From positions 1 through 45,394 of the IMG/VR virus record IMGVR_UViG_3300031576_000095: DNA of 45,394 bases. One strand, 5' to 3'. This document shows, piece by piece, positions 17,500-26,808 of the stretch. The notes beneath the pieces are model-generated. The model was not told the origin of the DNA. It saw only the letters and a list, made by a program, of their open reading frames with translations, and did not search any database. A program made the translations under genes and the position numbers. Numbering within the stretch: the first letter of the stretch is position 1; each line of letters starts with the position of its first letter. The DNA is from a virus. Taxonomy: Duplodnaviria; Caudoviricetes.

Positions 17500-17777
17500 T
17501 TACACTAAACGATGCTCAGTTTGGGGAAGCTATAAAATTAACCGAAGAAGCTATCAAGAGAAAGTTCGAGGCATACGAACTATTATCACTTATTAGATTT
17601 TTAGATAGCTTGTACAAGGTAGTAAAAAGTGCAGAGGACAATATCCCAGCAATATATCATGGTTGGGTAGTCCTTGGAACCTCTCGTAGATGCCAAGATT
17701 GTGGGACCGTTCAGTATTGGTGCAAAGATACTGAGACATGGGAAGCTGATTTACCAACTGGAGAACAAACACAATGA
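17482..17777 (+). repeat. 18-bp direct repeat GGAGAACAAACACAATGA (17482-17499, 17760-17777)
   Basis: Exact duplication of the RBS/start/stop junction. Confidence 0.9.
17496..17777 (+). CDS. hypothetical protein flanked by 18-bp direct repeats
   Basis: CQDCG motif; ATGA overlaps on both sides. Confidence 0.65.
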   Translation: MITLNDAQFGEAIKLTEEAIKRKFEAYELLSLIRFLDSLYKVVKSAEDNIPAIYHGWVVLGTSRRCQDCGTVQYWCKDTETWEADLPTGEQTQ

Positions 17778-19006
17778 CTAACGAACTACCTGAAGAGAAT
17801 AAAATTCTAGACATTGAAGATACTGGTGTTCAACTCTCTGATGACCAATCAGCTACACTTGAGAAGATAGTTGAATGGTGGAAAGAGGCTAAACAACACA
17901 CTACTAATCATCCACATTTAACTCTCGGCGGCTTCGCTGGTACAGGTAAAACTACCTTAATGGGTGAGCTTCGGAAAGCTATAGACGCCAAAGAAGTCCG
18001 CTTCTGCGCCTTCACTGGAAAGGCTACTATTACCCTTAGAAAGAAACTCTATGCTACAGATGTGATGAAGCCTACAGATATTTGTTCTACAATTCATAAG
18101 TTTATGTATCTACCTATAATCAATGAAAAGACTGGAGAGATTGTAGAATGGAGAAAACTTCCCCAATCTCATCCTGATCTTATTATCATAGATGAAAGCT
18201 CTATGGTTAATAGAGAAATCTTCAACGATATAATGAGTTTAGGAATACCAACCTTATTCGTCGGAGATCACGGACAGCTTCCTCCAGTTTCTAAAAGTGA
18301 TTCATTTAACCTAATGGAAAATCCTGAAATTAAACTTGAGAAAATCCATCGGCAAGCTCAAGATTCTCCTATCATCAAACTATCAATGATGGCAAGAGAA
18401 ATGAAACACATTCCAGTAGGAATGTTGTCTGAAGAAGTAGGGAAGATAAACTCTTTTGCTACGCATGTTGATCTTTTAACAAAAGAAAGTTTTAACAAGG
18501 GAGAACTATACATTCTCACAGACATGAACAAACGGAGGGTAGCTCTTAATCGTTCTATCATTCAGAGATTCAATCTTTCCTTGAAAGATAGAATTCCTCA
18601 AGAAGGTAGCCGGCTGATCTGTCTGAAAAACAACATGAAGATGAATCCTCCTATCTTCAATGGAATGCACTGTACTTTAGAAAGTGTAGGAACATCTGAT
18701 AACTGGGGAAACTTTGAAGCTAACCTTTCAAATGATGAAGGAGAAAAAATAAGAATCAAAAAAATGTCAACTCATTTCTTTCTCAATGAAACTGGTAAAG
18801 CTCCAGATGGAGTAGATTGGAGAACTATTGGAGAACAGTTTGATTTTGGCTACGCAATGACAGTTCACAAAGCACAGGGAAGTGAAGCGGATGCTGTGTT
18901 TATCTTTGGTCAAGGATTTGGAAAGCCAGAGGAGAGAGCAAAGTGGCTTTACACTGCGATTACGAGAGCTAAGAAAAAGTTGTTCATCTGTGGAGATAAG
19001 ATATGA
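17774..19006 (+). CDS. SF1B RecD/Dda-like DNA helicase
   Basis: GFAGTGKTT, IIDESSMV, VGDHGQLPPV, HRQ, YAMTVHKAQGSE, LYTAITRAK. Confidence 0.92.
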   Translation: MTNELPEENKILDIEDTGVQLSDDQSATLEKIVEWWKEAKQHTTNHPHLTLGGFAGTGKTTLMGELRKAIDAKEVRFCAFTGKATITLRKKLYATDVMKPTDICSTIHKFMYLPIINEKTGEIVEWRKLPQSHPDLIIIDESSMVNREIFNDIMSLGIPTLFVGDHGQLPPVSKSDSFNLMENPEIKLEKIHRQAQDSPIIKLSMMAREMKHIPVGMLSEEVGKINSFATHVDLLTKESFNKGELYILTDMNKRRVALNRSIIQRFNLSLKDRIPQEGSRLICLKNNMKMNPPIFNGMHCTLESVGTSDNWGNFEANLSNDEGEKIRIKKMSTHFFLNETGKAPDGVDWRTIGEQFDFGYAMTVHKAQGSEADAVFIFGQGFGKPEERAKWLYTAITRAKKKLFICGDKI

Positions 19007-19335
19007 CCCTCAATGAATACCAAAAAGAAGCTTTCAAAACTGCAATCTACCCTTACAAAGGAACTGGAAGTAACTTAGCCATCTCCTATATTGCTCTAGG
19101 ATTAGGAGAAGCAGGTGAAGTGCAGAATAAGGTAAAGAAAGTTCTCCGAGGAGACAAACCGTTTGAGCTTGCGAAAGAGGGAATAGCGTTTGAGCTCGGA
19201 GGACTTCTTTGGTACGTAGCTGCGTTAGCCAAAGAATTAGGTTACAACCTTGAAGAAATTGCCCATATGAATCTTGAGTCTCTAAAAGGAAGAACGGAAC
19301 GAGGGACTATCAAGGGAGATGGAGATGAAAGGTAA
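19003..19335 (+). CDS. MazG-like nucleotide pyrophosphohydrolase
   Basis: LNEYQ..A..TAIYP, LGLGEAGEVQNKVKK, ELGG.LWY, G.I.GDGD.R. Confidence 0.85.
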   Translation: MTLNEYQKEAFKTAIYPYKGTGSNLAISYIALGLGEAGEVQNKVKKVLRGDKPFELAKEGIAFELGGLLWYVAALAKELGYNLEEIAHMNLESLKGRTERGTIKGDGDER

Positions 19336-19465
19336 GAAATCAACTTTGAACGTAAAGATTGCCTTCAAATGGTTTGATCTTTGGATAGGTTTCTACTATG
19401 ATCGAACTTTTAAGAAATTATATTTCTGTCCTATTCCCACTGTAGTATTCATGTTTTGGTTTGAT

Positions 19466-19492
19466 TAGATCGTTTAACCGTTAAACGGTCTG
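19466..19492. repeat. 27-bp palindrome copy 9 (TAGATCGTTTAACCGTTAAACGGTCTG)
   Basis: Read directly; its TAG ends a small ORF at 19325-19468. Confidence 0.95.
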
Positions 19493-19513
19493 AAAGAAGA
19501 AAGGAGATTCAAA

Positions 19514-19690
19514 ATGACTGTATATCTAAAATGTAGTGAATGTGGAGATGGGCTTAAAATATTTGAGCGCAGAAACTCAGTAGACTACAATGGTGATATA
19601 ACAGCTGAGGTAGAGCCATGTAAAACGTGCCGAAAAGCTTCTTACGATGAAGGCTATGAAGCGGCAGAAACTAACTTAAAGGAATCTTAA
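19514..19690 (+). CDS. small Zn-ribbon protein (not in ORF track)
   Basis: AAGGAG RBS; CSECG...VEPCKTC. Confidence 0.55.
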   Translation: MTVYLKCSECGDGLKIFERRNSVDYNGDITAEVEPCKTCRKASYDEGYEAAETNLKES

Positions 19691-19691
19691 C

Positions 19692-19919
19692 ATGGAAGAA
19701 AATAGATTCACTCTCGATCCTAACTTCCTCATGCCAGTTCCTGAGGAACTTCCAACGATTGAGGAGTTAGAAGAATATCTTCAAGGAGGATACTTTCTTA
19801 CAGAGGAGCAATATGACCTTGGTATGGGAAATGAACTAGATATTATTGGTTGCATGGAAGATGAACTAAATGCTATTCATTCAGAAGCTCAAGCGCCTTT
19901 GCCTTTCTCATCACATTAG
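19692..19919 (+). CDS. acidic hypothetical protein
   Basis: Last + arm gene; overlaps the 3' end of the convergent late gene. Confidence 0.55.
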   Translation: MEENRFTLDPNFLMPVPEELPTIEELEEYLQGGYFLTEEQYDLGMGNELDIIGCMEDELNAIHSEAQAPLPFSSH

Positions 19920-22900
19920 CTCTCATCACTTCCTTCAATCTCGGATCAGTCTTCGCATTCCTCAACGCTTGCCCTAGTCCTTGCCCTGTCAAGCCTAGGG
20001 CGGCGGCGTTTTTAAGCTCTTCATTATCCAATCTTCCATCTACCGCCAGCCAAGAAACTACATCTTGCAAGAAATCATCCGGAAGTCTTTTAGCTTGTGT
20101 ATTCAAGATTGCATGAGCTAACCTTCTCGATTGTTGATCTTGCCCTAACATCTTCCTCACAATTCTATTCCTCAGAGCTTCTTGATTAGCCTCAGCCGCA
20201 CGTTCATCTTCTCTCCACATCCTTAATGCTACTTCTTGTTTAGATTTCCCAATAGGATTAAACCCTAATGTCAATAACATCTTATCATAATCACTTGAAG
20301 GTCTCCATACTTTCTTCACCTTCCCATCTACGCTTCTATAAATCCATCCATCATCTGATATTATAGAACTAATAATATCATTCCAACTTCTTGCAATTGT
20401 AGGAAGCTGTGAAATCCAATCCATAGCATTTTCAAGTTTACCTTTTGTATCTTCGTATGAACCTAATGTATTTCTATACAAATCAATCATTTTAGACGCA
20501 AAAGGTCCTGCAGCGTCTTCAATTCTATCTGACGCTATCTGCAATGTCGCACTGGGCGCAATGTCAAATCCTAACATTCCTGGAATCCCACGAGATGCAA
20601 AATCTCCAAGCTGATTTATACCATCTTCAAGTTTGTCTAACAACCCAAGCGCGCCTAATACAGGAATAGATTTCGCAAATAGCACAAACCCTCTCGCTCC
20701 TGTCATCGCACCTTGAAATAACATATGCTGTGCAAATTCAGATGGAGTAAGAGAATGTATAAACTCTAACTCTCCAGAGAGATAAGACTTAAACTGGCCA
20801 AAAAATTTACCTGAAGGACTACGAAGGAACGCTGGAAGAGCAGCAGTGTTATATGTTAGATTAGTTAATCTAAGCGATCTTCTTGCATATTCTCTTGCCT
20901 CAGGTTCTGCTAATTTTAACTTTTCTTTCGCATAAACGTAAGGTGCGGCAAGACCAAACTTTCTAACTGGAGGCTCAGCCATGCTATATACTTTAACTGG
21001 ATCATACCATTTTGCAGTAGATTTAGCTTCGCCGGCTGTTCCAAGATTAACATCTAATCCTAACGAACCAAGCCTTTCCTCTTCAGCTAAGAACCTCTTC
21101 CCTTGAGGAGAGTTCATAAATTCAACTGCCCTCTTTATATAAGGAGGAGTTATCTTAATCGCACTCTTTTCATATCCAGAGAATAGATTTATGAAATAAT
21201 TAGGAAGTCTCCAACCTAACAATAATCTTGAGGTAATCTTATTCGCCACACTTGTAAACCTACTCCAAAGTGCAGGCTTTACTCCTAACCTAAATGCAAA
21301 TTGATCTGTTAACTGATCTCCTAACGCATATTTTCCCTTTGCGTATTTCAACTGATCTTCAACAGCCGCCCTAACATTCTGTGAAAACAACTTCGGATTC
21401 TCATCCATATACCTACGAACATCATAGTCCATAGGTTCAACAACTATCTTCTTATACACAGCTCTTGCATACGCAGGGAGAGCTTTGAATATATCTTTCT
21501 CTCCAAGAAGAATATCTTTCCTGTGTTCTAATGGATTAACTGGTTCTCTAAATTCAGTAATGATGGGTTGTTCTGAAAATTGAACAGTAGGAAATCTCTT
21601 CTTCAATTCAGCTAATTTCTTAGCTGCGTCTCTTCTTGTTTCCGCAACTGCTCTTACCTGACCAGTTTTATCAACTACCTTATATTGTCCTACTTCAATC
21701 TTAGTAACAAAATCTTTCATTCCCCAGAAATCTATAGCCTTATATTTATTATAGACATCTGTTAACCAAACTGGGTCAATTCTATGTTTTGTAGAGACAG
21801 ATAAAATATCCACATCCGGCTGACCAGGTTGTTTAGGTTTCTGAGAAATAGCCTCTTCAAATGCGGCTCTTTGTGTTGGAGAGAAATCTCTTCCAAGTTT
21901 ATGCCTATAAGAATCTCTAATATCCTCCTTCATAGAATCAAACCAGTTTCTAAGCATTTTGGCTGTGTTAGCTACTGCTGGAGGAAGAGAGCTTATTCTA
22001 TTTAGACTTACTGAGTCAGTCTTTCCAATTAACTCAACTGCATCCCCTATCATTTCTTTCTCTTTACTATCTAATCCATATTTAGCCTTATTAAAAAAAG
22101 CTAACGCGTCAGTTATTCTCTGTGAGACATATAACTGTGAACCAATTATCTTGGATGAAATATCTTGCGCTTGAGGATGCTCAAGATTTACTTCAATCGT
22201 TCCTCTTCCACCTCTAAAGATACCTTTGTTAGGAGTAGTTACTCTTTCAGGCCTAAGAATATATCTCCAAGGTTTAGCAATCTTATGTCCTTCTTTCTGA
22301 AGAGTAACTACTTCCTCAGAAGCTCTATGCACAGGAGGAGCTACTGGTTCAGCGTTAGAATATCTCCGTCCTCTATTATCAGGTGACTTTAATATCTTCT
22401 CAGTTTCGAACTGATTCAATATCCTCTTCGCATAAGGAAGGCTAATTCCAAGTTCATCACTTAGTAAACTCTGCGTAACATAAGGATTACTATCAATCAC
22501 ACCTTTCGCTCTATTATAAACTTCTTGATTTATCAAAGCAGAAGATTCAAATGGAGCTATTGGAGATGCAGGTGCTTGTTGGCCTTCTCTAATGCTAATA
22601 TGAGGAGGAAGTTGTTGAGATTTCTTTCCTTTTAATCTTTCACCAATTTTAGCTGCACCTCTGAATCCCAACTCCATAGCAGCAGGCGTAACTATTCCTG
22701 TGACTGCTTGAGCTGGTGTAGGAACCTCTCCAGAAAGTGCAGCTTCTCCTCCAGTAAACGCAAGTCCTTCTGCAAACTGTTTCAACACAGGTCCTGCTAT
22801 CTTCCCAGCTGGCTTCACGAATGGTTCTATAAGTTTACCAGTCCCTGCAGTTAGTCCTCCAAGTAATGCCTCTTTACCTACATTCTTTAATGATTTTTGT

Positions 22901-23403
22901 TTCTTTCCTGTTAATTGCTTTACTATCTCTGGAGCCGCAAAGAATCCAGCTCCTTGCCCTATAGCCGCACCAATAGGAACTGTTATCTCAGCCGCCGGAC
23001 CTCCTAACAGCCCAGCTGCCCCACCTATAGACCCTCCAATAGATGATCCTACAATACCTACTGGAATATCTCCAGCTAATTCTCCGAATCCTCTGACAAC
23101 AGAAGGAAAAAATGATTCAGGCTCAGGAGGAGCATCTTTAGCTCCAAGAATTCCAGCTGCACTTGATTGTCTCAATCCTTCAATAAATGCTTCTCCAAAA
23201 GAAGGTTGAACTGCTTCTCTCATCTTTCCTTCAAACTCATCTGCATCTGGCATTTGATAATGAGAAGATAAAGACTGATAAGCCTCCATTCTTCCTTCTG
23301 GAGTTCTCAATCTTACCTTAAACTCTTCCGCTGGCGGCATTTGATAATGCTTAGAAAGAGTCTGATAAGCTCTATCTACTTCTGTCTGTCTCTGTTGAGG
23401 CAT
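19873..23403 (-). CDS. large internal virion / DNA ejection protein with FtsK-gamma-like winged helix
   Basis: Last gene of the structural arm, 1176 aa, Gly/Ala-rich membrane-like N-terminal part as in podovirus ejection proteins. Confidence 0.65.
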   Translation of the reverse strand: MPQQRQTEVDRAYQTLSKHYQMPPAEEFKVRLRTPEGRMEAYQSLSSHYQMPDADEFEGKMREAVQPSFGEAFIEGLRQSSAAGILGAKDAPPEPESFFPSVVRGFGELAGDIPVGIVGSSIGGSIGGAAGLLGGPAAEITVPIGAAIGQGAGFFAAPEIVKQLTGKKQKSLKNVGKEALLGGLTAGTGKLIEPFVKPAGKIAGPVLKQFAEGLAFTGGEAALSGEVPTPAQAVTGIVTPAAMELGFRGAAKIGERLKGKKSQQLPPHISIREGQQAPASPIAPFESSALINQEVYNRAKGVIDSNPYVTQSLLSDELGISLPYAKRILNQFETEKILKSPDNRGRRYSNAEPVAPPVHRASEEVVTLQKEGHKIAKPWRYILRPERVTTPNKGIFRGGRGTIEVNLEHPQAQDISSKIIGSQLYVSQRITDALAFFNKAKYGLDSKEKEMIGDAVELIGKTDSVSLNRISSLPPAVANTAKMLRNWFDSMKEDIRDSYRHKLGRDFSPTQRAAFEEAISQKPKQPGQPDVDILSVSTKHRIDPVWLTDVYNKYKAIDFWGMKDFVTKIEVGQYKVVDKTGQVRAVAETRRDAAKKLAELKKRFPTVQFSEQPIITEFREPVNPLEHRKDILLGEKDIFKALPAYARAVYKKIVVEPMDYDVRRYMDENPKLFSQNVRAAVEDQLKYAKGKYALGDQLTDQFAFRLGVKPALWSRFTSVANKITSRLLLGWRLPNYFINLFSGYEKSAIKITPPYIKRAVEFMNSPQGKRFLAEEERLGSLGLDVNLGTAGEAKSTAKWYDPVKVYSMAEPPVRKFGLAAPYVYAKEKLKLAEPEAREYARRSLRLTNLTYNTAALPAFLRSPSGKFFGQFKSYLSGELEFIHSLTPSEFAQHMLFQGAMTGARGFVLFAKSIPVLGALGLLDKLEDGINQLGDFASRGIPGMLGFDIAPSATLQIASDRIEDAAGPFASKMIDLYRNTLGSYEDTKGKLENAMDWISQLPTIARSWNDIISSIISDDGWIYRSVDGKVKKVWRPSSDYDKMLLTLGFNPIGKSKQEVALRMWREDERAAEANQEALRNRIVRKMLGQDQQSRRLAHAILNTQAKRLPDDFLQDVVSWLAVDGRLDNEELKNAAALGLTGQGLGQALRNAKTDPRLKEVMRANVMRKAKALELLNE

Positions 23404-23430
23404 TAGTTCGTTTAACCGTTAAACAATCTA
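23404..23430. repeat. 27-bp palindrome copy 10 (TAGTTCGTTTAACCGTTAAACAATCTA)
   Basis: Read directly; fills the intergenic gap and abuts ATG 23403. Confidence 0.95.
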
Positions 23431-23431
23431 A

Positions 23432-23764
23432 TTACACATAAACATATGTGTATGTAAGTTCAGTTAACCCATCTTCTAAAAGAAATCCTACCTCTTTTAT
23501 AAGTCTCTGTATTATACTTACTTCGTCAAGAGTAAATATCCCAGTCGTACTCACTGATTCTAATGAATCTCCTGCATTAGCTTCATACTCATATATTCTT
23601 GAATTAGATGTAGTCAGTGTTACCTGATACCCTCCAGCTGATACTACAACTGTAAAACTCGCTAACGCAGAACCAACATCAAATTTTCCTACTGTCTTAG
23701 TAATAAGCGCAATCTTCGCTATATCATAAGTAGCGGGTTTCATTACTATAGTAAGTTGAGGCAT
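23432..23764 (-). CDS. hypothetical protein
   Basis: Co-directional ORF abutting the upstream gene. Confidence 0.6.
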   Translation of the reverse strand: MPQLTIVMKPATYDIAKIALITKTVGKFDVGSALASFTVVVSAGGYQVTLTTSNSRIYEYEANAGDSLESVSTTGIFTLDEVSIIQRLIKEVGFLLEDGLTELTYTYVYV

Positions 23765-25213
23765 CTATTTCTTTTCCTCCTTTTTAGGCTCTCCCATTAT
23801 ATACTTAGAAGGAGAAACTTGCTGATCAACTCCACTTGCTCCAGCTATACTCTCCCATCCTTTAGGAAGTAGATTCTGTCCTTGATAGAACTTAATAGCT
23901 GCTCCATATTCAGAGTTTAGGTCTACAATCAACTGAGAACCTGGAGGAACAGTCCCAATATCATACTGCTGTGTTGCAGGATCAAATGTGATCTCATTAG
24001 GATATCTTGTCTTTAACCTCATCAACGCAAGTTGCCTAGCTTGATTATCCGCACGGAGATATAAATTCTGCTGAGAAACTCCACTTGCGGCTCCTCCATC
24101 TCCTTCACTCTTAAAATCCTCTCCTACATGCTGAACTAATTTTCCTGTAGTAGGATCAGCATACCAAGATTGAGGAGTCTTAGTAGGTTTTCCATCTGCG
24201 CCTACTTTTATGTTATGAACGAGCTGAAGATTAGACTGACCTTTCCCACTAATCATATTAGTCATAATCTGTCTATTCAACAACTGTTCAGGAGTCTCCA
24301 CTCCAGTCATCAATGCAAGTTTATACAATCTATCTACATCATTCGATCTACTCTGTTCAAGTTGATTCTGCGCGCCTGTTTGAGCCTCAGGACTCAATGA
24401 AAATGACTCAAGTCCACTTACCTGAGGAAAGCTTGGAGCTCCTTGAGCTCCTCCACCTCCTCCTATCAATTGAGATAGATAACGATTGTATAGCTGTGCT
24501 TGCGCAGCTCGTGTAGCAATTCCGCCTAATTGATATCCTAATGAATTAGGATCTCTTGCTGTAGCTGCTTGTCCGAGTTGTCCTAACAGACCTGCAATAG
24601 AAGCATACTTTCCTGCATTAGGATCTCCATATATATCTTGTGCAAGAGGAATATCTTGTGATTGACCAGCTCCTTGTCCAATCATTTGAGGAATTGGAAG
24701 ATTTTGAGATGGTAGTCTAGCTAGAATATTAGGAGACATAGCAGAAGGAATCTGTGCAGATGTAATCGATGCAGCTGGCTGATTCTGCGCAGTTGATAGA
24801 TTTATTTGGTCTCCTTGAAAAGGTGGAATACCAACTGGAGGTCTTTCAAATGGAATAGAATAAGGACTTTGTTCTCTTTGTTGATTTGTAAGATATGCAC
24901 CTATGCCAGCTGCACCTGCACCTCCAGCAATTAGCCAAGGCCAAATATTCCTTCCACTTTGTCCAGCTGTTTGTGCAGCTGCCTGCCCAGCACCTAATTG
25001 CCTGCCTACATTAGGAATAGCTCCTTCTCCAGCTCCCAACAACTGTCCTGTGACTGTACTAACTGGCCTCTCTCCATACTTTGGAAGAGCTTCCAATCCC
25101 ATCTTTCCTGTCGTTGCAACGGCCTTATAAGGTGTAACAGCCGTAGATTTAGCTATCGTCCTTCCAGGATTCAATCCTCTAATCTTCCACCAAGGTGTTC
25201 CTGCTAATCCCAT
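23765..25213 (-). CDS. putative internal virion / ejection protein
   Basis: Gly/Ala/Gln-rich with a hydrophobic segment; GGAG precedes ATG 25213 (track start 25228). Confidence 0.6.
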   Translation of the reverse strand: MGLAGTPWWKIRGLNPGRTIAKSTAVTPYKAVATTGKMGLEALPKYGERPVSTVTGQLLGAGEGAIPNVGRQLGAGQAAAQTAGQSGRNIWPWLIAGGAGAAGIGAYLTNQQREQSPYSIPFERPPVGIPPFQGDQINLSTAQNQPAASITSAQIPSAMSPNILARLPSQNLPIPQMIGQGAGQSQDIPLAQDIYGDPNAGKYASIAGLLGQLGQAATARDPNSLGYQLGGIATRAAQAQLYNRYLSQLIGGGGGAQGAPSFPQVSGLESFSLSPEAQTGAQNQLEQSRSNDVDRLYKLALMTGVETPEQLLNRQIMTNMISGKGQSNLQLVHNIKVGADGKPTKTPQSWYADPTTGKLVQHVGEDFKSEGDGGAASGVSQQNLYLRADNQARQLALMRLKTRYPNEITFDPATQQYDIGTVPPGSQLIVDLNSEYGAAIKFYQGQNLLPKGWESIAGASGVDQQVSPSKYIMGEPKKEEKK

Positions 25214-25230
25214 AAGTTCTCCAATCAAAT

Positions 25231-25257
25231 TAGATCGTTTAACCGTTAAACGAACTT
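25231..25257. repeat. 27-bp palindrome copy 11 (TAGATCGTTTAACCGTTAAACGAACTT)
   Basis: Read directly; overlaps the stop of 25256-26383. Confidence 0.95.
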
Positions 25258-26383
25258 ACGAATTCCAACCACCTATTGCACCTACTAATGCGCCTACCCC
25301 TGCTCCTACTCCAGCACCTACAGGCCCAAAAGTACTTCCAGCCGCAAGTCCAACCCCTGCCCCACTCAACGCTCCGCCGATAGCAGATTGCTGTCTGCTA
25401 ATCCCCTTAGGAACCATAGGAGCACCATTTATAGAAGCAAGAAAATTAGCTCCATGCTGAAATACTGAAATATCCCAAAGAGCATCTGCTACATCAAGTT
25501 CAATATTTCTCTCATGTTCTTCCCCCTTAGCAACAATCTTAATTCTACTTAATTCAGCCTGCAACGTGGTAGCATCTTTACTCGCAGATATATTATGCGT
25601 CTGCAAATTCGCCATCTGTGCAATACCTTCTAACGTCATTCTATATCTCGCATCAAGATGCATCACTCCAGCAGAGAATACTTTATCAACACCTATCTTC
25701 ACCAACGAACTAACAACATCATAATCTATCTTAGCATCAAACTCATTAACTTCATCTCTTACATCTGCTTCTGTTATTGCAAGTCCTATCATAAACGCAC
25801 TATTCATAACCGCATTAGCATCTGCCATTCCGGCAGTGAATTTTGCGATAGATCTTTGCTGACGTTTAACTGCACGAACTTCAAACGCAGTTGTTAGTGC
25901 AGTAAACTGAGATTGTCCGGCGGCAGATGTAGCAGCTGTAATGATATCTGATATAGCATCAGTTGCCATATCATTATCTATAAGATTTGTCTTTGGATAG
26001 ACAGTTGCATTAGATGCCTTAGTAACTGCTGAATCCACCATAGCTTGCCAGTCAGCAGAATGCGCCAGCGCAGTTACTAACGTATCATAACTATCATGCC
26101 TTGCCTGAGATGCATCTAAATCTATATCTGGATCATACGCACTCTCTCCAACATAAGGAGAAGGATTATTTATCAGAGATGCCATAACAGAAGATATATT
26201 CGTCACCACTCCTGGATCTCCTAACCAATCTTCATGAAATATCTTCATATAGGTAGGAAAATCCACAAGTCCAGAAGGGCCTCCTCCACCACAGAGATCT
26301 AATTCTCCTTTATATTCATAAGATATTTCTTCTACAACATATCCAGAAGAAATATCTATCACCACTTTTTTATATATCTTCAT
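25256..26383 (-). CDS. putative internal virion / pilot protein with C-terminal glycine zipper
   Basis: Helical body, GGALSGAGVG..GAGVGALVGAIGG tail, position after the GNAT-like gene. Confidence 0.65.
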   Translation of the reverse strand: MKIYKKVVIDISSGYVVEEISYEYKGELDLCGGGGPSGLVDFPTYMKIFHEDWLGDPGVVTNISSVMASLINNPSPYVGESAYDPDIDLDASQARHDSYDTLVTALAHSADWQAMVDSAVTKASNATVYPKTNLIDNDMATDAISDIITAATSAAGQSQFTALTTAFEVRAVKRQQRSIAKFTAGMADANAVMNSAFMIGLAITEADVRDEVNEFDAKIDYDVVSSLVKIGVDKVFSAGVMHLDARYRMTLEGIAQMANLQTHNISASKDATTLQAELSRIKIVAKGEEHERNIELDVADALWDISVFQHGANFLASINGAPMVPKGISRQQSAIGGALSGAGVGLAAGSTFGPVGAGVGAGVGALVGAIGGWNS

Positions 26384-26808
26384 AATTCAAACTCCACAAG
26401 AGTATTGATTGCCCTTCCACCAAGTTTTATAATTATAGATTCTACTAAAGGTTTAATAGTAAAACCTACAATTTTATTGCATCCAGATTTTTTAGCATAT
26501 TCTTTGATTGTAACTAATCCTTCTTTCCATTTTTCGGCAGAAAGAGTTCCATTAGAATAGAGAGAAAAGATTAACAAATTCTTAGTTTTACTAAACTCTT
26601 CGATTGTAACAGCAGTAACAACAAATCCTCTAACTTTCCCTTCTTCTTCTTCAATCCAAATCTGCATTCTACCTTGCATCAACGCAAGCATTATGTTCGA
26701 CAGAGAAGATTCTTCTTCAGACGCAGTAGGCGGAAGACTTTTTACTATCCCATCGTGTAGAAGCGGCCACCACTGTGCTATTTCTTCGCTAAGCAACCTC
26801 TGTAGCAT
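26380..26808 (-). CDS. GNAT-fold virion assembly protein (P22 gp14 / T7 gp13-like)
   Basis: Size, G..QIW...GFVVT and EYAK..GC.KI pattern; position between nozzle and ejection genes. Confidence 0.55.
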   Translation of the reverse strand: MLQRLLSEEIAQWWPLLHDGIVKSLPPTASEEESSLSNIMLALMQGRMQIWIEEEEGKVRGFVVTAVTIEEFSKTKNLLIFSLYSNGTLSAEKWKEGLVTIKEYAKKSGCNKIVGFTIKPLVESIIIKLGGRAINTLVEFEL

